Positions 1-9,099 of a stretch of 34,520 nt of DNA are shown piece by piece (position 1 is the first letter of the stretch; every line of letters begins with the position of its first letter). The DNA is from Azolla caroliniana. Its lineage: Eukaryota; Plantae; Polypodiophyta. Where the stretch lies: positions 1 through 34,520 of the forward strand of contig JBHGNT010000328.1 of NCBI GenBank assembly GCA_043228905.1, given 5' to 3'. Position numbers and translations under genes: made by a program. The notes under the pieces are model-generated. The model was not told where the DNA came from, did not search any database, and was given only the letters and a program-made list of their open reading frames with translations.

Positions 1-1169
1 AAGTATTCGTTTAAACAAAAAGGAAAAAAAAGGAGATGAACTCCCTCCTTTTAGTTTCTTAGGAAAAAAAGGGGGACTTGACAATAAAAAGGGGATAATA
101 AAATAGAGAGTTGAGAGAGACTTGACAGTAATAAATTTTCATTGGAGATCTTGATTCTTTACTAAATAAATAAATTAAATTAAATAAAATTTCGTTTTAT
201 TTTTAATAAATAAATAAAATAAAAGAAAGGTTCATTAATTCTTCACCTTTTCTTTTCCCAGAATTTATGGATATTTTTACCTGACATTAAAATTGAGACT
301 TCACATTAATCATGTTTTCATAGTAAATATAAAAATATTCGTTTTTTTTAAATAAAAAAATCAATTATTTAAATAAAATAAAGGTTCATAAACTCTCCTC
401 TTTTTTTATTTGACACTAGAAAGGAGAGTTTATACTAATCATATTTTTATAATTTATTAATGAATAATTGTTCTTTTTTTTAGTGAATTAAATTTATTTA
501 TTTTTAAATTAATTAATTAATTTTTTGTATATTTATTTTACAAAACGAATGGTTTTTAAATATTCTTAGGGCCATTTTGTATTCTCGAATATTGAGAATA
601 TCACGCATGGAGAATATGACGAATATCACGCATGTGTCAATCTATGGTGGTGACAACTGTCCTTAAACACAAAGAGACTTCAAGACAGAGGGGCAGCCTC
701 CATTCAACCATACAAACTTACTAATCAATGTTGTATGTAATTACCTTTATCTTTTACATCAACATCTGATGCATTTTCCAAGTCCTCAAATTGCTAAATT
801 TTATGAAAAAGTGAGCAATTTGAGAGAGACTACATACCTGATGCATTTTCCAAGTCCACAAGTGAAGAAAGGCCTTCCGATTCTACAAGTTGAAATTTGT
901 TAGCTCTATTAGTAAATAAATGTGTACATTTACTCCAATTATATTTGAAATTACAAATTATAGACAAGTCTACAAGAATCTGTTTGTTCACACAGACTAA
1001 GGAAAAGTGATAGGGACTATGTATGAGTTCTGTATGATTGAGTTCTCCCTCATTTATTACTACCCTTATGATGTAAAACAATGTTCCAAATAACGAAACT
1101 TCATCAGCAACTTTTGCCCCCAGAAACAACCGTCAATTTGCTTGAAGGGTGGCAGACCATTGAATTCAA

Positions 1170-2164
1170 ACATGGTTTTCACCTTCAAGTCAGGAAACAC
1201 AAGGGGGTGTGTGAGAGGCCTACAACAAGCAAGACGCTGAGGCCATATTCCATAGACTTGTCATGCTGATGTGCGAATATGATCCCTTTCGTTCCTTTCT
1301 TGTTTTCCTTTCCTCCTTCTATCTCCACCCATTCTTTGTTGTACAGAATTCTGCTAGAGCTAGAAACAATTGTATTTATGGGAATCTATAACCATCTCCT
1401 CACCCACTCTAAGAATGTTAGTGGGAATCTATAATTCTGTTAGAGCTAAAATTTTGCTAGCAAAAAATATTATCGATGAAGCCTCAACACTAAACCCCCA
1501 AAAAACCCCTACACCTTAAACCCTACATTGAGCAGTGATGACTGAAAGCTAGCACTGAGTGCTAATGACAAGTGGTATTGGTGTGTGCAAGAGATGACGC
1601 ATCCTATTCATGTTGTCAAACTTTATGGGGCATCTCTTCAAGACCAAGACCCCTATAAAACCTAATGATGTACGAGTGAGATGTAACAACATGGAAGTTA
1701 GTCACACTTGCAGACCAAAAAGCTTGTAGCCTAGGAATGGTCAAAATCCATATTAAGCTAAGAGACTTGTAGCATATCTTGAAATTATTGTCTGTCAAAT
1801 CTCTACTTAACCAGACTCCTAGTTATGTTATTATACCTTTTAACAACCTCTGTAAGGGCCCTTTATTGGTTCATATCATAATTTTCTTACTTCCTTTTAC
1901 CAAACTCTTCTCAATTCCACTATAAAATTGACAAGTTCAGGAACCAATTAATTTTATTGAATATGCTAGGTGGTTTCTCTACCCTGAATCAAGTTACCCT
2001 TTGGCTTTCAATTGTATACACTAAAATGGCCATATCCCTTGTTCTGATGCCATCACAGAATTCTTTGCTTAGTCATCTGAGCCAGTTACCATGTGGAAGA
2101 GAGTTGAACAGGCAATGATCCTTCTAGAATTAACCTGCATCATGGGTCTTGTCATTCCGCAGAT
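1170..2164 (-). pseudogene. Degenerate remnants of the SSR1-like 3' exons
   Basis: Colinear weak motifs broken by stops and frameshifts: IIACSTLFHMVTGSDD*AK (cf. IALSYGEYLHATGNFELAK), QLKAKG|gt (cf. GQLESHIG), RALTEVVK (cf. DALTKTEE), DNNFKI (cf. DNHPKV), FYRGLGL (cf. LYRKALEL), SVQQR..GIWPQRL (cf. VQQNR..AWRNRRL). Boundaries are approximate. Confidence 0.45.
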
Positions 2165-2439
2165 CTTAGTTGACACTGGATAGTTTATACTAACTTCTTC
2201 TTTCATTTTCCCAGTTCTCGCATCTCTGTGATACACATTTCAGTTCAACTGATACGTTTTCTGATTTTCTTGGTTTTTTAGGATTTAGATTTCATTTTTC
2301 CTGAGTTTTAAGATTCAAGATAAGAAGATTTTAGTTAATTCTAATGAGATAGTTAGGTATATTAGTAATAGATATGTTTTCTTAGCACGTATATAGACAT
2401 TTCACTTTGATCTCTACCGTAGCTGAGATGTTTTTAGCA

Positions 2440-2720
2440 TAGAGGGGTGTTCTCGCAATGACATAGGCTGCTCCTCAATATTTAATGGTGGATCTCACAG
2501 AGAATAGACATTATATCACCTCCATAACTTTAGTTCATCAGCTAGTGGTAGCATCTTCCTCTGAGAAAGGCTCGATTGACCGTTCTTATCAGCTCTAGAT
2601 TCTTCACTACCACTGTTATCCAGCAGCTCATAGGACTACTAGCATTCACTTATTTATCTTCAACGACTTCATTGATTACAACGTGTCCCAACTCAGCCTT
2701 TGGTGATAATGCTTCTTCTC
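2440..2720 (+). mobile_element. Possible ancient RTEX-like LINE 3' remnant in an SSR1 intron
   Basis: One frame reads PQYLMVDLTENRHYITSITLVHQLVV...DRSYQL*, resembling the Y(L)...LRxSSHQLxIE...RxCxLC C-terminus of the LINE at 13531-13968. Heavily decayed. Confidence 0.3.
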
Positions 2721-3199
2721 CTTACTTCTACTTCTCACTCACAGGGTCTCAGTCACTTTCTTCTTTCCTCATAAAGATGATGTCATGTTGGACACGCATC
2801 ATTGGAAGTGTAATATGGCCTCGGAACGACAAAACACAGAGACAAGATAGACAGGCAAAAAAAGATACAACAACTAAAGCAAAAAGGGTTCAGGAATGAT
2901 GAGGCTAATTAGCCTGAGATATAGCCCTTATGAGCTAATGTAATTTATGTATCTAGTTTTAAAATGGAGCTTTCAACCTATTTTTATGCAATATACTTGA
3001 CTTTTTTTCTCGTAGCTTAAATTTCGGCAGGTTTATGATTGAAATTGAACATCTTTTCCTTTTGATAATTTTGGCCTTCAATGGCATTAGAAAATATTTT
3101 ACCAGTTTCTTATTTTCTCTCTTTAAGCTTCTACTAGAAACTAGATTAGTGTTTCTGTATGTTTTCACAGAACGAAGTGGTAACAGCTATTGAACGTAC

Positions 3200-3344
3200 C
3201 AATATCAGAAGATCCAAGTGCCAGTTCAACTAATTTTTTCAAAGCTAAAGAATTAAATTTCATTGATTGCAGCTGCTCTGCATGGACATCTTCATCTGCT
3301 AATAAACTCATTAACTGATCAGCTTGGACCAATGCTTCATTGTC
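3200..3344 (-). CDS. SSR1: SSR1-like exon 5
   Basis: ggtcag|GACAATGAA...GATATTG|gtacgt. Confidence 0.8.
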
Positions 3345-5242
3345 CTGACCAAAGATATATACCTTAAATGTTGAAGATATATAAAAGAATTAAATAAAGT
3401 CAAAGAGGTCATAGATTTACCTGATGCAGCTGCAAACATAAGCAAGCCAAAGCTTCCATTGCAGATCCTATCAAATTGAAAAGAAAATTGTTAATCAAAA
3501 CAAGAGAAGCATTATTTAAGCATAAAATTTTTGCACACTTTTATTGTTCATAACTAAATCATTTTGCCACCTTCGTCATTTCCATGTTCTAAATATAATC
3601 ATGTAACCTTCATAGAAAGATTTTCATTGCATGTTTGTAACATTCTCCAAATTTCATTTTCCTAATTTCATCATTTCCATGTTCTAGATATAACCAAGTA
3701 ACCTTCATAGAAAGATTTTTATTGCATGTTTGTAACATTCTCCAAATTTACCATTTTCCTAATTTCATCATTTCCATGTTCTAAACCATCATGTCTTGCT
3801 CGTGGAATTTTTTATTTATTTCCACACATACTCTACAAATGTAGACACTAAAAGAGGTGCAAGAAAAATGTGGGAAACATCAGACTCTCATCTGGTGGCC
3901 AGTTCGAGAATCTAGTCCATCATTTTCTTCAATAAGGAAATATTGCAGCTGTAAAAAATAGGCACCATCGTCCCCTTGGTAATAAAAACTATGCAATCCA
4001 TTTCGATAACTGTGAAAATTATCCATTTCCCAGTATTGAACCAGTGATTATGAAGAGACTAGTAAAAGAAAAAATAAGGTGCATGGATAGAAGACACGGT
4101 CAACCCCAACATCCTTTTTGAAATTCAAAACTTACCCTTGATTTCAAGGGGCATAGAACTGGTATTTATTAGATACTGCAAAGATTCAGCAGCAGCTTCA
4201 TAATTAGACCTGAAAATCCATCAATCATTTAGCGTGTGTAAAAATATTCCTTATGATAAAATGTACAAGTATGTGGCAGATCTTACTCAGCATCTGCTGG
4301 CTTCTTACATGATAAATATTATATAACAATGAGACACACGCTGCAGTGTTTGAATACAAATGTGACAATGCATATGGCGCAAATGCAGATATTTGCAAGC
4401 CCTAGTTTCCCTGTAATATAAAACTGCTCTAATGCATTATGGCACAAATGCACATAGCCGCAGACATTGTTCCAAAATCAACATGCCAAAAATACTTCAA
4501 GCAATACATGTTACAACTATAAATATGCATGTACACATATATGGTATACATGCATACACACCACACAGACAGGCGCAGCATACATACTTGCATTATATCA
4601 TATTCACATACGTATATTTTGCACTGGAATGTGTTCTACCTGTTGGCATGAATTGTTGCTAAGCAGAGCTGCAGTCTTCCAGAAGCCATGGAAGAAGGCA
4701 ATCCACCTCCAGTAAAGAAAGAAAGACCTTGCTCCAACACCCTCACAGCCTCAGAATATGAAGGTTCTGCAAAGACACCAAAGATGAATAATTTGAAGAA
4801 CAATAAGAAGAAGAGGCTGATAAGGAAATTGAAGACGATGAAAATGAAGAATTTGAAGAATGAGGAAATTTTATGAAGAACATGAATTATGGTGAAGATA
4901 GATAAATTTGAAGAAAGATGAAAATGATAAAGGTTAATAATTTTAAGAAGAAGAAGAAAATAATGAGGATGATGAAAGAAATATCCAACAAATTTGCATG
5001 AAGAAGAAGATGATGAAGAATTAGATGAAGAAAAAAGAAGATGGGGATAATGATGAAGATGAAGACGGCATACCATCTTGTTTCAGCGATTTTGCATATC
5101 TGATCATGTCCAATGCCATTTTCTCTTCTTTGCTGGAGACGGTAGGGCTGACACAAGAAAGGAAACGTTTTGCCGACGACAGGGATGGAGCGGCCACATT
5201 CTTCCTTCTTCTGCACAGGAGGAAACCCGCTCTTACCGCCAT
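3200..5242 (-). CDS. SSR1: Mitochondrial TPR-like protein, SSR1/NDP1 (At5g02130) homolog; intact 5' exons 5242-5074, 4766-4640, 4209-4136, 3467-3421, 3344-3200
   Basis: GT-AG exons join in phase (1,2,1,0,1) to give MAVRAGFLLCRRRKN...MALDMIRYAKSLKQD|EPSYSEAVRVLEQGLSFF...RLQLCLATIHAN|RSNYEAAAESLQYL...LEIK|GSAMEALACLCLQLHQ|DNEALVQADQLM...ALKKLVELALG. This follows the recalled SSR1 pattern (QMVNYAL..ESYAQGMLVLEQCL..VEALVGL..GQDD..AIKGLAELVKG). The N-terminus is Arg/Ser-rich, like a mitochondrial presequence. Confidence 0.8.
3421..3467 (-). CDS. SSR1: SSR1-like exon 4
   Basis: tgatag|GATCTGCAATGGAAGC...CATCAG|gtaaat. Confidence 0.8.
3576..3785. repeat. Intronic tandem duplication, about 95-97 bp unit x 2.2
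   Basis: The unit tcatttccatgttcta...aaccttcatagaaagatttt..ttgcatgtttgtaacattctccaaattt..cattttcctaatttca starts at 3576 and 3671, with a partial third copy at 3768. Confidence 0.9.
4136..4209 (-). CDS. SSR1: SSR1-like exon 3
   Basis: ttttcag|GTCTAAT...CAAGG|gtaag. Confidence 0.8.
4640..4766 (-). CDS. SSR1: SSR1-like exon 2
   Basis: tttgcag|AACCT...AACAG|gtagaa; encodes EPSYSEAVRVLEQGL. Confidence 0.85.
4785..5065. repeat. GAA/GAT-rich low-complexity tract making up most of SSR1 intron 1
   Basis: Degenerate (GAA/GAT)n on the plus strand. Confidence 0.8.
5074..5242 (-). CDS. SSR1: SSR1-like exon 1 (transit peptide)
   Basis: ATG at 5242; donor GATG|GTATGC at 5073. Confidence 0.8.
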
Positions 5243-5387
5243 AGCTGCAGCGGAGGCTGGTGCTGCGCTTCTTATGAAATAATGTTCATTAGATGTAAAT
5301 AAATGATCATCTCGAACTCTCAACGAAAGTTGTATGTGTCTGTGTGTGTGTTGGGATGGGGGGGACTCGGGAGGCCTAGTCCCCCTT

Positions 5388-5492
5388 CCTGAAATACCCC
5401 TGAAAATGCCCTTGAAATGGCCCGGAAATGTGGCTTTTCTCTTTATTTCCTGAAATGCCCCCGATCATTTTCGTTATCTCTTGAATGCCCTT
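5388..5492. promoter_or_regulatory. Cluster of six (C/T)TGAAATGCCC-like motifs 150-250 bp upstream of the SSR1-like ATG
   Basis: CTGAAATACCC, CTGAAAATGCCC, TTGAAATGGCCC, CGGAAATGTGGC, CTGAAATGCCC, TTGAATGCCC. Function is inferred only from position. Confidence 0.4.
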
Positions 5493-6423
5493 GGGTAGTC
5501 TTCACTTTCGCCCATCTTGTGAGTTTCCAAATAGTTAAAAGCAAGAAAAGTGAAACACATCACATCTTATATTTCAAGCTCAAAAGGCAACATATTTACT
5601 TAGTTTGAATAGAATATATGTTGAAATGAGGAAGGGCCATAATTTATTTGTTTATTGAAAGCACACACGCCATAGAGGAACTCGCTCCACCAAGCACGCT
5701 CATGGGAACGGAAAAGAATAAGAAAAAGAATGAAACGGATGCAGAGTGAGGAGCACACAACGTGCACACATGCAGTAGAAAGAAACATTGCACCCATGTA
5801 GGGAGGAGAATGCAAGTACACAGCAGTGTGTCGTCACGTGTCAGGGAAGAAAAGGTAAAGAGCACTTAGGAATGCACACACACACACACGCAATAGGTGA
5901 TGTAGGCGAATGTGGAGAGAACAAATTAATAGAGGGAGAGAGCACAAAATTAGGTCACATGAATTGAGTTGTTTTATATATACATTATTGCAAACACAAG
6001 AAATATATTTTATTATCATGTTAAGAGATCTTGATATATGACTTATGAAACAAAAAATATAACATTTTCAATTAATACATGTGAAATGAGTAGTGATCAT
6101 CAATGTTCAAGACCTTTGCTAATGAATGTCATAATCGAGAGAAATTCATGCAAGGACTATGTTTGGTTGAAGGTGTGTAGAAAGCATGTTCGAAACTTAT
6201 CAAGGGCAAAGCATTGTATGAAATTGTGATACTCAAACTCCTAAATGTTCTTAGGGCAAGGTAAAAAGCATTATTGACTACTCGCATCACTTGGGTCCCA
6301 ACACTTCATCTCACATCATAGTGAATGTGAGTTCTTGGACGCAATGGTCCATATGGCAAATAATGAGATGCGATCTAACATGTTTGATGTGTGCGGTTTC
6401 CTCGTTCAGAGAGATACATAGAT

Positions 6424-6548
6424 AGATTCTATTATCGTCTTGGGAGGTCAAATATGATGTATTAAGACCAAAAATATTACATTTCACGTGATACATGTGA
6501 AAGTGAGTAACGACTCTCAATGTTCAAGAACTTTACCAATGAATGTTG
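6424..6548 (+). repeat. Dispersed repeat; inverted copy at 25001-25125, older direct copy at about 6010-6130
   Basis: attatcgtcttgggaggtcaaatatga...aaaaatattacatttcacgtgatacatgtgaaagtgagtaacgactctcaatgttcaagaactttaccaatgaatgttg closely matches the reverse complement of 25001-25125. Confidence 0.85.
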
Positions 6549-6569
6549 TGAGAAAGAGGGAGGGAGGGA

Positions 6570-6754
6570 GGGAAGTTGATTTGGCATTGTTTGCAACTAT
6601 GTTGTATGGGGACGTTGTCCCAAGATGAGGTAGAGTAATGTCATCTAGTATTACAACAATTGAGAGGGTTTACCTTGCCATATCATTACTAATAAAGTAG
6701 TGGAGATAGCAAGGGTTTTATTATCATCTTGTTTTGATAACAAACATAGATTTA
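6570..6754 (+). mobile_element. 5'-truncated L1-clade LINE 3' end (same family as 18445-24233)
   Basis: Aligns to 24036-24220 and ends in the same ...tattatcatcttgttttgataacaaacatagattta terminus. Confidence 0.85.
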
Positions 6755-7073
6755 AGAGAGAGAGAGAGAGAGAGAGAGATATTAACGTCTTCTAAGACCA
6801 AAATTGGCCCATGAGACAATTAGTTTACAATAAAAATGGGGTATTTACCCATTCATCGAAAGTAAAATTAAAATTAAAATAGAACTTAAGCTAAAGAGTT
6901 CTAGCAAAAAAAACATGTTCTATAAGGAAATGAGTTTATACTAGGCCTAGTTTCATTTCCATCCCAGTCTCTCGAAAAGAAGCGGGAGGTCAAAGGGTTT
7001 CGATGTGGAGGTGGCCCATGGTCCCAATGTAGAAGATACCGCAACCATAGCTACTAGGCGGCGTAGCTCACGT

Positions 7074-7713
7074 TGTTGCGTTATTACGCGCATGCGTGTA
7101 TAAGGGGCGGGACCACGGGGGTCTCGGACGAGGGAGGAAGGGATGCCGAGAAAACTGACTCCGGACACGTCCCAAAGGCAACCGAACACGAGAGAGAGAG
7201 AGAGAGCATGTGCGCGACACCGACTCTTATGCACAGGAAACAAGGGGCTATGTTCCCGACACCACCAAATACACCAATATGCACAAACAGATATGAGTAT
7301 ATATATTACAAGGGAAAAATACAACCCTGGCTTCAAGCCGGACCAAGGTAGGGTAGGTTACAACAACAGACTCAGCAAAAGCAAACCCTAAACAGACACG
7401 AGCTCTCAACCCACACTACGACGAAGAAGAAGAAGAAAAACTACCAAGATGAAACCCTAGAACGAAGTAAGAATAAGAGAAACTGCCTAACCTAAATCTA
7501 ATGGTATACCCTCCTAACTCAAAAATGGGCAACCCCTCATCAAGGGACCCCTCCCTCCTTTTATAGAACAAGGAGGGGAGGGCGTTACAATGTGGGACAA
7601 ATTCTCCCCTTTATTCTATACTCCGTCTCCAACTATACATGTGCACATGTTGCCCACCACTGACTCTTCCGATATTCCCCGGTTTCTCACTATGGCCCGG
7701 AAGCTTCACGACA
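7074..7713 (-). repeat. 3' LTR (640 bp, family B)
   Basis: TGTTGCGTTATTACG...AGCTTCACGACA; direct repeat of 12656-13377. Confidence 0.93.
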
Positions 7714-7782
7714 TCCCGCCCCACTAGACGCACGTCCACCGGTATGTGCCAAGTTCGGAGAAGTGTGAGAGACTCCGGACGG

Positions 7783-8894
7783 TGTCGTGAAAATTTTCAA
7801 CGATAGTGTGAAACTTGTAAGGAACATACGAAATCAAGCGTGGTTCTTCTCACGAAATATAAAACAATAATAGTAAAGATACTATCTTAAATAAGTTTAA
7901 TATCTTGATACAAAAAGATGGAGGTCTTGAAGAGCTTTTGAATGTGCTTTACTATGTAGGAAACAAACATCTAAGTGTCAAGTTATGTGGGTATCAAGTT
8001 TGCAAAGAAGAAGAGAAAAATATGTGATATCCCACATAGACAGGACAAATAAGGAACCCACCATATATAATGCAAAGCAAAAGCTATTATCTTTGTGTTC
8101 ATGTGTAGAATATATAAAGGTTAAGTTATATGACTTAACAAATGGTTATAGCCAAATGCATATAACTATGTGTTTTGGACGAATCTAGCGACGGTAACTG
8201 GCGATGGCGACCGACAACGATGTCCGACGAGATCCGACATCCGACATCAAACGACAACCGTGATCAACAGAGCCAACTAGACAACGACCGGACGGAGGAA
8301 TGCCTTGTAAAAATACATTAATAAAAAAAGAAACATATATATATATATGTGTGTGTGTGTATTCAAAAGGAGTGCAAGTGAAGACTTGATCCTTGCACCT
8401 CCACATTAAGAGTCTATAAACTTACCTCTAAGTTATATCATTTCTTTAGAAATGTTTTCCGTATCATTAAATTCTCGTATTAGAGCTTAATTGAGTGAGA
8501 TGTGATGCATGAATGCCAAATGGCAAACATGCATCACATGCATTCCATGCATTGTATGCATGTCTTGTACTCGCATGCATCATATGCATGGGAGCATCTA
8601 TAAAAGGATGGATGGGAAAAAGATCAAGGTTATGTTATGTTTTGGGATTCAAGAATTTAAGAAGAAGAAAAATTTGTTCTCCAATTAATGATATATCTTG
8701 TCTCTCGAATCTAAGGCTAAAAGATCAACCTTATTTCTCTCACTCTCTATCTCTCTCTCACCATCTCAATCTCTCTCCCTCAAACTAGCTTAAATCCTTT
8801 CTCGCTAAAGCTAGTGGGTGCTACGAGTCCTTCCGGTTCAGAACCCCAGCGGTTCCGCCTCACGATCCGCACATAGAGACGGATCCTCACGACA
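7783..8894 (+). mobile_element. Solo LTR (family A) nested in the gag-only element
   Basis: TGTCGTGA...TCACGACA 8-bp inverted ends; flanks ACGG/CCGG; TATA (ctataaaagg) near 8598; both ends homologous to 14949-15943. Confidence 0.8.
8373..8442 (-). other. Degenerate tRNA-Lys-like module inside the solo LTR
   Basis: Minus strand TAACTTAGAGG (A-box-like), GACTCTTAAT (Lys-CTT-like anticodon loop), GGATCAAGTC (B-box-like). Confidence 0.4.
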
Positions 8895-9099
8895 CCGGTG
8901 AGAAACCAGTCTTTCGTAATCCGCATTCTGGCTACCGCATTGGCCTCGCCGGTCCGAACCCTCGGCTCCGATTCCTTTTCCGCGTTTGCCTCCCCGTAGG
9001 CCCTTCTTTCAACCGCTTGTACGCTTCTCATTCCTTCGAATACGCGGTGTCCTCCGTCCGAGGAGCACCCATGATGGCCCGCTTGGCCTCCGTCGATCT

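Noticed and set aside
1-640. AT-rich region with weak internal repeats (possible MITE or Helitron)
   Set aside because: No termini or TSD could be defined and it is cut by the window edge.
3887-4410. Possible cassette or poison exons in SSR1 introns (about 4287-4410 and 3887-3948)
   Set aside because: Splice-like signals exist, but inclusion introduces stops and there is no homology or transcript evidence.
4688-5302. Plus-strand and extended minus-strand ORFs around SSR1 exons 1-2
   Set aside because: They come from the low-complexity GAA/TTC intron and antisense frames; only the spliced minus-strand frame matches a known family.
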